A DNA stretch of 62,856 nucleotides, the filler included, from Eubacteriales bacterium (lineage in GTDB: Bacteria; Bacillota; Clostridia; Oscillospirales; CAG-382): assembly GCA_045636665.1 (NCBI GenBank). It is 4 parts of 3 records of this genome, joined end to end, with 100 filler letters (N's around TTAATTAATTAA, not from the genome) between each part and the next. Parts side by side here need not be neighbours in the genome. Positions count along the whole stretch, not along the records: positions 34,957 to 60,056 come from JAZTXY010000086.1; 3 more parts are not named here. One strand, written 5' to 3'. Below the pieces are notes generated by a model. The model was given only the letters and a program-made list of their open reading frames with translations, searched no databases and had not been told where the DNA came from. Both the position numbers and the translations under genes were made by a program. Shown here piece after piece: positions 39,763 through 48,434 of this stretch. How positions within the stretch are numbered: position 1 is the first letter of the stretch; the number at the start of each line of letters is the position of its first letter.

Positions 39763-41865
39763 ATGAGCAACAAAATCATCGCAAAGCAAAGAAAAACTGT
39801 TATTGTAAGTTTGATTCTTTGCCTTGCACTTGTAGCAGCTATCGTACTTACTCTTTGTCAATATCTTGGCGATATCGATTCGCCTTACAGACAGTTTGAA
39901 GACGAAGAATTCGCAAAGGCTTATGCAACCGCTCTCGGTTACGAAAGCGTTCGCGACATTACTCAGGAAGATATGGACAAGGTTGAATCCCTTGTTTATT
40001 ACTGGTCTGTCGGCAACGATGCCCAAAACAACTATCAAACCTATGCAACTCCCGTTGTAATGCTCGGCTTCAAGGAAGCTACCGACGGCATTATCGCTGA
40101 CAGCGAAGAACAACCCAAGGAAGATCAATACGTACTTGTTAACTATCCTATCTCCGAGGTTGAAGATATCGTTGCGTTCAAGAACCTTCGTGTTCTCCGT
40201 ACCTTCGATATTGCTGAAGTTTCCAATATGCAGGAATCCTGCTATTACACCCAGCTTTACGCTATGTACGGCATGGGCAGCGCGATTTCTTTTGAAAGCG
40301 TGCTCAGCGCAGGCGCTCTTACCGACCTCAAGAAGCTCGATCAGCTTTCCTCTCTCGAAAAGCTCGAACAGATGTCTCTTGAATACACCGGTCTTACCAA
40401 CCTCAACGGCATCGAAAAGTTTGCTAACCTCAAAAAGCTCGATATCGGTAACACCGTAATCACCGACCTTACCTCGCTTTCCGGTCTTACCAACCTTACC
40501 GACCTTTCTCTCGTTCAAATGGGCGAAAGAGTGACCGAAGAGGAAGAATCTAAGGACGAAACCAGCAACACCGAAGAAGACAAGGATGAAGAAGAGGAAG
40601 AAAAGCATACTCACGCAGGTCTTGTTGACATCAGCGCTATTGCAAATCTTACCAACCTCGAAAGCCTTAACATCTCCGGCAATGCTATCGTTGATATTTC
40701 CGCAGTTACTAATTTGACCAAGCTTGAATCGCTTACCATGAACAGCAACTGCATCGAAAAGCTCGACGCACTCAAGAAGCTCACCGCTCTTACCGGTCTT
40801 GCGGTTTCCGATAACCACGTTACCGACATCAGCGCTCTCTCTGCTTGCACCGCTCTTGAGAATTTCTATGCATACGATAATGACATCAAGGATATCAGCG
40901 CGCTTTCCGCTTGCACCAAGCTCGAAGTTCTTTCGGTTTACGATAACGAAATTACTACTCTCGGCGACCTCGGCAAGCTCACTGCTCTTACCACCTTTGA
41001 TGCTTACAAGAACAAGATCACCGATCTTAGCCCTCTCGCAAATTGCGTGAAGCTCACCTCCATCAATGCTTACGAAAATGAAATCACCACTCTCGGCGAC
41101 CTCAGCAAGCTTGATGAACTCACCACCATCTCTGTTTACGATAACAAAATCGCAGACCTTAACGGTCTTAACGGTTGTGTAAAGCTCGCTACCATCAACG
41201 CTTACAACAACGCTCTTACCGGCAAGCTTGATCTTTCCGGCTGTACCGAACTCGCTACTCTTAACCTCTACTTCGATGAAGAAGAGGAAGACGAAGACGA
41301 TAAGAAGGAAGAAGACAAGAAGGAAGACGCTATTAAGAGCGAACTTACCGAGCTTGTTATCAAGGGACTCAAAAAGCTCACCTCTGTTGATGCTCACGGC
41401 AATGCTCTTACCGCAGTGCCCGACCTCACCGACTGTGAAAAGCTCACCACCCTTACCCTTAACAAGAATGCTATTACCGACGTAAAGGGCGCGGCTGCAG
41501 ATACCGACAGCAAGAAGGAAGGCGTTCAAACCGTAATTACCACCCTTGACCTTGCAGAAAACAAGATCACCGATATCGCAGCTCTTGAAAAGGCAACCTC
41601 GCTTACAGCCCTTACCCTTTCCAAGAACGATATCACCAATATCGACGCTATCGGTAAGCTCACCACCCTTAAGACTCTTAACCTCGACGGCAACAAGAAT
41701 CTTGAAACACTTCTTCCCATTATGAATAACTTCGCTAAGACCTCCGGCCTTACCCTCAACATCGTTGATACCAAGGTTGCAGGTAACAAGGAAGCTATCG
41801 ACGCATTCCAGAAGAAGTTTACCACAATGAAGCTTACTTACGTAGAAAAGACCGAAACCAAATAA
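39763..41865 (+). CDS. Membrane-anchored leucine-rich repeat (internalin-like) protein
   Basis: N-terminal TM; many 22-aa LxxLxxLxLxxNxIxDLxxL repeats; RBS GGAGG. Confidence 0.9.
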   Translation: MSNKIIAKQRKTVIVSLILCLALVAAIVLTLCQYLGDIDSPYRQFEDEEFAKAYATALGYESVRDITQEDMDKVESLVYYWSVGNDAQNNYQTYATPVVMLGFKEATDGIIADSEEQPKEDQYVLVNYPISEVEDIVAFKNLRVLRTFDIAEVSNMQESCYYTQLYAMYGMGSAISFESVLSAGALTDLKKLDQLSSLEKLEQMSLEYTGLTNLNGIEKFANLKKLDIGNTVITDLTSLSGLTNLTDLSLVQMGERVTEEEESKDETSNTEEDKDEEEEEKHTHAGLVDISAIANLTNLESLNISGNAIVDISAVTNLTKLESLTMNSNCIEKLDALKKLTALTGLAVSDNHVTDISALSACTALENFYAYDNDIKDISALSACTKLEVLSVYDNEITTLGDLGKLTALTTFDAYKNKITDLSPLANCVKLTSINAYENEITTLGDLSKLDELTTISVYDNKIADLNGLNGCVKLATINAYNNALTGKLDLSGCTELATLNLYFDEEEEDEDDKKEEDKKEDAIKSELTELVIKGLKKLTSVDAHGNALTAVPDLTDCEKLTTLTLNKNAITDVKGAAADTDSKKEGVQTVITTLDLAENKITDIAALEKATSLTALTLSKNDITNIDAIGKLTTLKTLNLDGNKNLETLLPIMNNFAKTSGLTLNIVDTKVAGNKEAIDAFQKKFTTMKLTYVEKTETK

Positions 41866-41875
41866 GCACACAACA

Positions 41876-41909
41876 AAAGAACTGCTGCTTTAAACGGCAG
41901 CAGTTCTTT
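41876..41909 (+). terminator. Terminator after LRR gene
   Basis: AAAGAACTGCTGC/GCAGCAGTTCTTT stem. Confidence 0.7.
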
Positions 41910-41937
41910 AACATATAAACGTACGGAGGAATATGTT

Positions 41938-42411
41938 ATGCCCGATATGCTCGTTAAACTTTACGAATTGCCCGATACCACAGCGCTTTACAAGAAGCTC
42001 GAAGACAACGGTATTAAAATTATTCGCCCTATGACTCCCAATAAGACAAAGGTTGTTGAATGGGTGCGCCAACATTTTCACGATGGTTGGGCAGACGAAA
42101 TTTCCGCTGCATTTACACGTCACCCCGTAAGCTGCTTTATCGCTTATGACGTTAACGAAAAGAAGATTCTCGGCTTTGCCGGATATGATTGCACCTATAA
42201 GGATTTCTTCGGCCCCACCGGTGTTGATGCAACTCAACGCGGCAAGGGCATCGGCGGCGCGCTCTTCCTTCGCTGTATGGAAGCTATGCGCGATGAAGGA
42301 TACGGTTATGCAATAATCGGCTCGGCAGGCCCCGTTGATTTTTACAACAAAATGTCGGGTGCGACTGTTATTGAAGGAAGCATCCCCGGTATTTACAAAG
42401 ATTTGATATAA
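41938..42411 (+). CDS. GNAT family N-acetyltransferase
   Basis: MPDMLVKLY, FFGPTGV..QRGKGIG acetyl-CoA motif, GYAIIG, FY. Confidence 0.9.
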   Translation: MPDMLVKLYELPDTTALYKKLEDNGIKIIRPMTPNKTKVVEWVRQHFHDGWADEISAAFTRHPVSCFIAYDVNEKKILGFAGYDCTYKDFFGPTGVDATQRGKGIGGALFLRCMEAMRDEGYGYAIIGSAGPVDFYNKMSGATVIEGSIPGIYKDLI

Positions 42412-42436
42412 TTTATTCCCTAAAAGAAGGTATTTT

Positions 42437-43513
42437 ATGAAGAAGATCAGAGCAGGAATCATCGGCGCAACCGGTATGGTTGGCCAAAGATTCATTACAC
42501 TTATTGAAAATCACCCCTATTTCGACCTCACCGCGCTTATCGCGAGCCCCTCGTCCGCAGGTAAGACCTATGGCGAAGCGGTAAAGGGTCGCTGGATGAT
42601 GAATGCCCCCATTTCCGAAAAGATTGCAAATATGGTAGTGCTTAACGCCGAGGATATCGAAAGCGTTAAACCCCACGTTGATTTTGTATTCTGCGCGGTA
42701 AATATGTCGAAGGATGCTACCAAGGCGCTTGAAGAAGCGTATGCAAAGGCAGAAATCCCCGTTGTTTCCAACAACTCGGCAAACCGCGGCACAAAAGACG
42801 TGCCTATGCTCATTCCCGAAATCAACTTTGCTCACACCGCAGTTATCGAAGCACAAAAGGAACGCCTTGGCACCAAGAAGGGCTTTATCTCGGTAAAACC
42901 CAACTGTTCTATCCAAAGCTACGTTCCCGCGCTTGAACCGCTTCGTAAGTACGGCATCAAGGCAGTAAACGTAACCACCTTCCAAGCGATCTCCGGCGCA
43001 GGCAAGAATTTCGAAACCTGGCCCGAAATGGTTGATAACGTAATTCCTTACATCGGCGGCGAAGAAGAAAAGAGCGAAAAAGAACCTCTTAAGGTTTGGG
43101 GTACTGTTGAAAACGGTGAAATCGTTAACGCGACCTCTCCCGTTATCTCGGCACAGTGCATTCGTGTTCCCGCATCCGACGGACACCTTGCGGCTGTTTC
43201 GGTAAGCTTTGAAAACAAGCCCACTATCGAACAAATCAAGGCGGATTGGGCAGAATACGTTGGCGAAGCGCAACGTCTTGAGCTTCCCCTCGCGCCCGAA
43301 AAGTTCCTTACCTATTTTGAAGAGGATAACCGTCCTCAAACCGGTCTTGACCGCGACCTTTACGGCGGTATGGGTATTTCGATCGGCAGACTTCGTGAAG
43401 ATACCATTTTCGATTACAAGTTCGTTTGCCTTTCCCATAACACTCTCCGCGGTGCGGCAGGCGGCGCAGTTCTCGGTGCAGAATTGCTTTACCGTCAGGG
43501 CTATTTGTATTAA
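42437..43513 (+). CDS. asd: Aspartate-semialdehyde dehydrogenase
   Basis: GATGMVGQRF, KPNCS, QAISGAG, SHNTLRGAAGG. Confidence 0.96.
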   Translation: MKKIRAGIIGATGMVGQRFITLIENHPYFDLTALIASPSSAGKTYGEAVKGRWMMNAPISEKIANMVVLNAEDIESVKPHVDFVFCAVNMSKDATKALEEAYAKAEIPVVSNNSANRGTKDVPMLIPEINFAHTAVIEAQKERLGTKKGFISVKPNCSIQSYVPALEPLRKYGIKAVNVTTFQAISGAGKNFETWPEMVDNVIPYIGGEEEKSEKEPLKVWGTVENGEIVNATSPVISAQCIRVPASDGHLAAVSVSFENKPTIEQIKADWAEYVGEAQRLELPLAPEKFLTYFEEDNRPQTGLDRDLYGGMGISIGRLREDTIFDYKFVCLSHNTLRGAAGGAVLGAELLYRQGYLY

Positions 43514-43608
43514 TCGCTCCGAGAAAATACAAGCATATAAAAAGTCAAGGTGTCAAACCTTGACTTTTTTGTTACGTTAGTGTAATATCTCCTATGGAGG
43601 TAAGCGAT

Positions 43609-44610
43609 ATGTTTACTAATAAAACCCTTCTTATAACCGGCGGCACCGGTTCGTTCGGAAATGCGGTCGCAAAACGGTTTTTGCCGACGGAAATCGGCGA
43701 AATACGTATTTTTTCACGCGATGAGAAAAAACAAAACGATATGCGACGACTGTTCCGCGAAAAAATGCCCGAGTATTTTAAAAAGCTTAAATTTTATATA
43801 GGCGACGTGCGCGACCGTCAAGCGCTTGACCTTGCAATGAACGGAGTTGACCTTGTCTTTCACGCGGCGGCGCTTAAGCAGGTTCCATCGTGTGAGTTTT
43901 TTCCGTTGGAAGCGGTAAAAACCAACGTTTTGGGTACCGAAAACGTGCTTGATTCGGCAATCGCTTGCGGTGTTTCAAAGGTTATCTGTCTTTCGACCGA
44001 CAAGGCGGCTTATCCTGTGAGCGCAATGGGTATGAGCAAGGCGATGATGGAAAAGATAGTTATCGCAAAGGCGCGTCTTTCAAAGGACAGCAAAACTGTT
44101 ATGTGCTGTACCCGATACGGCAACGTTATCGGAAGCAGGGGAAGTGTTATTCCGCTTTGGATCGAGCAGATTCAAAACGGTATGCCCATAACGGTAACCG
44201 ATCCGAATATGACTCGCTTTATTATGTCGCTCGATGAAGCGGTCGATTTGGTTGTGTATGCATTCCAAAATGCCGAAACCGGCGATATTGTGGTTCAAAA
44301 AGCACCTGCGTGTACTCTTAATACGCTTGCAGAGTCGGTCTGTGCGCTCTATGGCGCAAAATCCGATGCGATTAAGTACATCGGCATACGTCACGGAGAA
44401 AAGCGATATGAAACGCTTCTGACGGCCGAAGAGGCATCCCGTGCGGTCGATATGGGCAACCATTTCCGTGTGCCGTGTGACAACCGCGATTTAAATTACC
44501 AAGCGCAAAGTATGAAAATCACCAATGAATCGGCTGAGGAATTTAATTCGAACAATACGGTTATCCTTAATACAAAAGAAGTTATTGATAAGCTTAAGGA
44601 AATACTGTAA
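43609..44610 (+). CDS. UDP-N-acetylglucosamine 4,6-dehydratase/5-epimerase (CapE/FnlA-like)
   Basis: ITGGTGSFG, FSRDEKKQ, HAAALKQVPSCEFFP, LSTDKA, MGMSK, RYGNV, RHGEK. Confidence 0.9.
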   Translation: MFTNKTLLITGGTGSFGNAVAKRFLPTEIGEIRIFSRDEKKQNDMRRLFREKMPEYFKKLKFYIGDVRDRQALDLAMNGVDLVFHAAALKQVPSCEFFPLEAVKTNVLGTENVLDSAIACGVSKVICLSTDKAAYPVSAMGMSKAMMEKIVIAKARLSKDSKTVMCCTRYGNVIGSRGSVIPLWIEQIQNGMPITVTDPNMTRFIMSLDEAVDLVVYAFQNAETGDIVVQKAPACTLNTLAESVCALYGAKSDAIKYIGIRHGEKRYETLLTAEEASRAVDMGNHFRVPCDNRDLNYQAQSMKITNESAEEFNSNNTVILNTKEVIDKLKEIL

Positions 44611-44628
44611 AAATAAAAGAAGAAGCTT

Positions 44629-45171
44629 TTACGCTTCTTCTTTTTGCTTTATAAATCGGTTACAGATGAATTTTGCAACGAAATATCCCAAAACACCGCA
44701 AAGCGAGCCGACGACAATGCCGCCGAGCACGTCGGTGGGGAAATGAACGTATAAGTAAAGTCGCGAAAATGCAATAAGTATTGCGAGTATCAGGGCAGGA
44801 ATGCCAAGCTTTTTGTTTTGAAGGAATATCGGAATCGCGCCTGCGAATGAAATCGAGGTATGTCCCGACGGGAAGGAAAAATCGGTGGGCCTTGCAATAA
44901 TCAGTTCAATACCCTCGCGCAGGTCATAAGGGCGAACCCGCGCGATAATGGGTTTTATCGTAATATTGCAGATAATAAGACTGAAAATCAGCGCGCAAGC
45001 GACGGCGATTCCGATTTTTCGCGTTTTCGGGAAGATGAGCAAAGCAATCGCAAAAACTATCCAAATCCAACCGACGTTTGCGAGAAACGAGATTCCCCGC
45101 ATCGAATAATCAAGAAAAGCGCAAGACATATTATTTCGTATAAAATCAAGAATTACGTATTCAAAATCCAT
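44629..45171 (-). CDS. PAP2 family phosphatase
   Basis: K..R.RP, SFPSGH, SRLYLYVHFPTD motifs. Confidence 0.92.
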   Translation of the reverse strand: MDFEYVILDFIRNNMSCAFLDYSMRGISFLANVGWIWIVFAIALLIFPKTRKIGIAVACALIFSLIICNITIKPIIARVRPYDLREGIELIIARPTDFSFPSGHTSISFAGAIPIFLQNKKLGIPALILAILIAFSRLYLYVHFPTDVLGGIVVGSLCGVLGYFVAKFICNRFIKQKEEA

Positions 45172-45257
45172 AATCAATCCTCACTTTACTTTATTTTAAC
45201 ATAAAACAAAAAGGATTTCAACATTATGTTGCTTGACAATTAATTTTGATCATAGTG

Positions 45258-45332
45258 CGCGAGAGGAAGAGCCTTCGGGGTCCCCGAAATTCGTAAGAAT
45301 TTTGGGGGGATTAAAAAAGTTTTCCTCTCGCG
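45258..45332. repeat. Large hairpin containing a nested GGGGTCCCC palindromic element
   Basis: Outer stem CGCGAGAGGAA/TTCCTCTCGCG; inner GGGGTCCCCGAAATTC-GTAA-GAATTTTGGGG (45277-45307). Confidence 0.7.
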
Positions 45333-45335
45333 AAA

Positions 45336-46172
45336 CTATTTTCTAATACTTATAGTAACAACCAAAGTGCCGTCGCTTTCTTGCTTGTCCCAGCTTGCGT
45401 TGTAGCCCGAGGTTTTAAGCATTAAAATCGCCTTGTTAAGCGTGTTATAAAGAAGCTTCATATTGCCAATCTTACCCTTTAAGGTAGGATTTTTCTTTTT
45501 AGGGGGTATCATAGGGGCGGATTTGCCGTTTAAATGCTGTTCAATAAGCTTTTCTGTTTCGGGCGCAGTCAATTTTTTAGATACTATCGATTGCAGTATC
45601 GGTAAACGCTCCTGCTCGGAATCGATGCGTACCAATGCGCGGCAGTGCCGTTCGGAAAAGCTGTTTTCGACGGCAATAAGCCGCTCGCGCTCGGAAAGAC
45701 GTAAAAGCCGAAGCTTGTTCGAAAGCGTGGATTGAGAGATTGAAAGCGAGTGCGCGAGCTCGCCTTGCGGCATTTCGGTAACTTTCAGGAGCGTTTGCAT
45801 CGCCAACGCTTCCTCGAAAAAGGAAAGGTCGCTTCTTTGCAGATTTTCGACAAGCGCCATTAACGCAGACCCTGCTTGGTCGGTCTCGAAAATAATACAG
45901 GGCGCTTCCTTGATTCCTGCCATTTTGCAAGCTCGCCAACGGCGTTCTCCTGCAATAATTTCGTATTTAGCGCCGTCCTTTTGTCTATCCTCCAAGCGCT
46001 TTACGGCGATTGGCTGAATAAGTCCGCAGCTTTTTATACTGCTTGAAAGGGCAAGAAGCTCTTCTTTGTCAAAAAATCGACGCGGTTGAAGCGGGTTTGG
46101 TGTTATCTCGCTCGTATCGATAAGAACCGCCTTGCATTTATTAAATGACTTCAAAACCGACGATAAGTCCAT
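45336..46172 (-). CDS. ParB/Spo0J/Noc family protein
   Basis: PNPLQPRR.F, GLIQPI, IIAGERRWRA, ALVENLQR, HTH QGELA..LSNKLRLL. Confidence 0.92.
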   Translation of the reverse strand: MDLSSVLKSFNKCKAVLIDTSEITPNPLQPRRFFDKEELLALSSSIKSCGLIQPIAVKRLEDRQKDGAKYEIIAGERRWRACKMAGIKEAPCIIFETDQAGSALMALVENLQRSDLSFFEEALAMQTLLKVTEMPQGELAHSLSISQSTLSNKLRLLRLSERERLIAVENSFSERHCRALVRIDSEQERLPILQSIVSKKLTAPETEKLIEQHLNGKSAPMIPPKKKNPTLKGKIGNMKLLYNTLNKAILMLKTSGYNASWDKQESDGTLVVTISIRK

Positions 46173-46243
46173 AATTTACTCCAAAAAGAAAAGAATCTGC
46201 TATTAATATAGCAGATTCACGTGTCTAAAAATGTTAAAAGAGG

Positions 46244-47143
46244 TTAGTTGAATAACTTTTTCTGATAAAAATATTTTTTTCCTTCGATTTCGGTTATTTC
46301 GCCGATCGAATAAAATCCGTTTTCGTCGTAAACGCGGTAAAGGTTGCCAACGTTTCCCTCGATGCCGTTCAGCTTCCAAAGACGAATCTTTTGACCCTGG
46401 CGGTAAAGACGGTCATAAAAATCGTCCAATCTTGCCTCGGGCAGATGCATAAACATTCTTTCGATAGGGATAAGGTGGGAAAGAATTTCTTCAACCGTCA
46501 TATCGTTAAGGTCGTCGAAGCGGATAGCATCTTCCTCCTTAAAAACGCCGACTTCGGTACGGTTGAGCGAGCTCATAACAGCGCCGCAACCAAGCTTTTT
46601 GCCGATATCGGCGCAAAGCGTACGGATGTATGTACCGCGTGAGCAATGCACGTCAAGGAAATATTCGCCGTCCTTTTGAATCGGTTCACAGGAATAAATA
46701 TTTACCTTTCTTGCGTTGCGTTCAACCGTCACACCCTCGCGCGCAAGGTCAACAAGCTTAACACCGTCAACCTTTAATGCCGAAAACATCGGAGGCGTTT
46801 GCATAATCTCGCCCTCGAAGCTTTTTGCCGCTTCGGAAAATTCCTCGAAGGTGGGCATAACTCCTATCTCTTGGGTGAGAATGTCGCCAAGAATATCCTC
46901 GGTCGCGCTTGTCATACCAAGCTCAACGCCTGCGAAATAGCGCTTGTCGTGGTCGACCAAAAACTCACTCGCCTTAACGGCAGAGCCGACCATTATCGGA
47001 AGCACACCCGATGCCATGGGGTCAAGGGTGCCGCAATGTCCTATCTTTTTTTCCTTTAAAAGCCAACGAAGCTTTGCGATGCAGGTGTGCGAGGTGATGC
47101 CCGTTGGCTTGTTGATTACAATAATTCCGCTCGGTGATTTCAT
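46244..47143 (-). CDS. truB: tRNA pseudouridine(55) synthase
   Basis: INKPTGITSH, GHCGTLDPMASGVL, QTPPMFSALKVDG, CSRGTYIR. Confidence 0.96.
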   Translation of the reverse strand: MKSPSGIIVINKPTGITSHTCIAKLRWLLKEKKIGHCGTLDPMASGVLPIMVGSAVKASEFLVDHDKRYFAGVELGMTSATEDILGDILTQEIGVMPTFEEFSEAAKSFEGEIMQTPPMFSALKVDGVKLVDLAREGVTVERNARKVNIYSCEPIQKDGEYFLDVHCSRGTYIRTLCADIGKKLGCGAVMSSLNRTEVGVFKEEDAIRFDDLNDMTVEEILSHLIPIERMFMHLPEARLDDFYDRLYRQGQKIRLWKLNGIEGNVGNLYRVYDENGFYSIGEITEIEGKKYFYQKKLFN

Positions 47144-48093
47144 ATTTCTATCTCCGAAAAGCACTTGCGTACGGTGTCAACGGCTTCGTCAAAGCTTCCG
47201 CCAAGGGTAAAGCCCGCCGCGTGGTAATGTCCGCCGCCGCCGAAGGATTTCGCAAGCTCTGCTACGTCAATATTGACGTTTGAACGCATCGGAACCTTAA
47301 TACCGTCTGCCTTTTGGCGAATTACGGCAGATGCCAAAACACCGCCGATTTCACGGGGGATAGAATTGATGCAATCAAAATCCATTTCGTTTGCACCGCA
47401 TTTGATTACTTCCTCGGGGCGAATCGCGACGATGGCAAATTTGCCGTCGCGAAGAAGCTCAAGGTTGTTATAGGCGGTTTTGATAAGATTTACCTGTTCT
47501 TTGGTTTTGCATTCGAAAAGCATACGGTTGATTTCTGCAAAATCGATGCCCGTTTCCAAGCATCTTGCCGCCATAATATGCGTTTCGGGCTTGGTGGCAT
47601 CGTAACGGAATCCGCCGCTGTCCGAGCTGATTGCGCCGTAAAGGGAAGAGGCGATATCCGAATCGATGTTAATTCCCAACTCATCCATAAGCAGGAAAAT
47701 AATCTCTCCGCAAGCGATTCTATCGCTCATTACGAGCAGCTTTTCGCAATCGATGGTATTTACCTTGTGGTGGTCGATCGAAAGCGAGAATTTGTTGTTA
47801 TTCGCTTTGCCGAGCATTTTGGGACCTGCGACGTCAACGCTTACAAGCGTGTAATCGCTAAGATCTTCGGGCTCGTTTTCAATAAAAAGCCCATCCGTCG
47901 GCATAAACGAAAGCTTGTTGGGTATTCCGTCGACCGAAAAGATATTCGCTTTTTTGCCCATTTTTCGCAACATCAGCGCAAGCGCAACCGCCGAGCCGAT
48001 AGTGTCGCCATCCGGCGACGCATGCGTGTAAATGAGGTAGCCGTCGCACCCCTTAAGGAACGCGGCGGCTTGATTTATGGATATAAGTTCCAT
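47140..48093 (-). CDS. nrnA: DHH family phosphoesterase (oligoribonuclease/PAP phosphatase NrnA)
   Basis: H.SPDGDTIGS, IDHH, SDSGGF, GGGGH..AAG; between rbfA and truB. Confidence 0.92.
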   Translation of the reverse strand: MELISINQAAAFLKGCDGYLIYTHASPDGDTIGSAVALALMLRKMGKKANIFSVDGIPNKLSFMPTDGLFIENEPEDLSDYTLVSVDVAGPKMLGKANNNKFSLSIDHHKVNTIDCEKLLVMSDRIACGEIIFLLMDELGINIDSDIASSLYGAISSDSGGFRYDATKPETHIMAARCLETGIDFAEINRMLFECKTKEQVNLIKTAYNNLELLRDGKFAIVAIRPEEVIKCGANEMDFDCINSIPREIGGVLASAVIRQKADGIKVPMRSNVNIDVAELAKSFGGGGHYHAAGFTLGGSFDEAVDTVRKCFSEIEI

Positions 48094-48098
48094 TATTA

Positions 48099-48434
48099 TT
48101 AACCCTCAATGTTTTTGAGTATTTGCGAGATTTCCATCGCACGCTCGGTATTGTTATCACGTACGAAGGTAAGCTTGGGCGTTATGCGCAGATTCAATCT
48201 TTTTGCAAGTTCACTGCGGATAAAGCCGGTTGCCGATACAAGACCCTTCTGAACTCCTTCATCATTGCCAAGCACACTGTAGAAAATTCTTGCGGTGCTT
48301 AAATCGGGCGAAACGTTCGCGCCGACAATGCTTACGAAGGTGCCCGAAACTCTCGGGTCCTTAACCTCGCGTATGATTGCGGCAAGCTCCAAGCAAACCG
48401 CATTGTTTAATTTATCCTGCCTGTGTCCGGCCAT
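48099..48434 (-). CDS. rbfA: Ribosome-binding factor A
   Basis: VKDPRV, VSPDL..A, GFIRSELAKRLNLRITPKLTF. Confidence 0.95.
   Translation of the reverse strand: MAGHRQDKLNNAVCLELAAIIREVKDPRVSGTFVSIVGANVSPDLSTARIFYSVLGNDEGVQKGLVSATGFIRSELAKRLNLRITPKLTFVRDNNTERAMEISQILKNIEG

Noticed and set aside
39727..41871. Very long antisense ORFs (714 aa here; also 7239-8444, 11243-12664, 49004-50926, 56344-58260, 58656-60104, 60339-61625)
   Set aside because: Each mirrors a well-supported gene and has no recognisable motifs. They are shadows of codon bias that avoids TTA/CTA/TCA on the sense strand.
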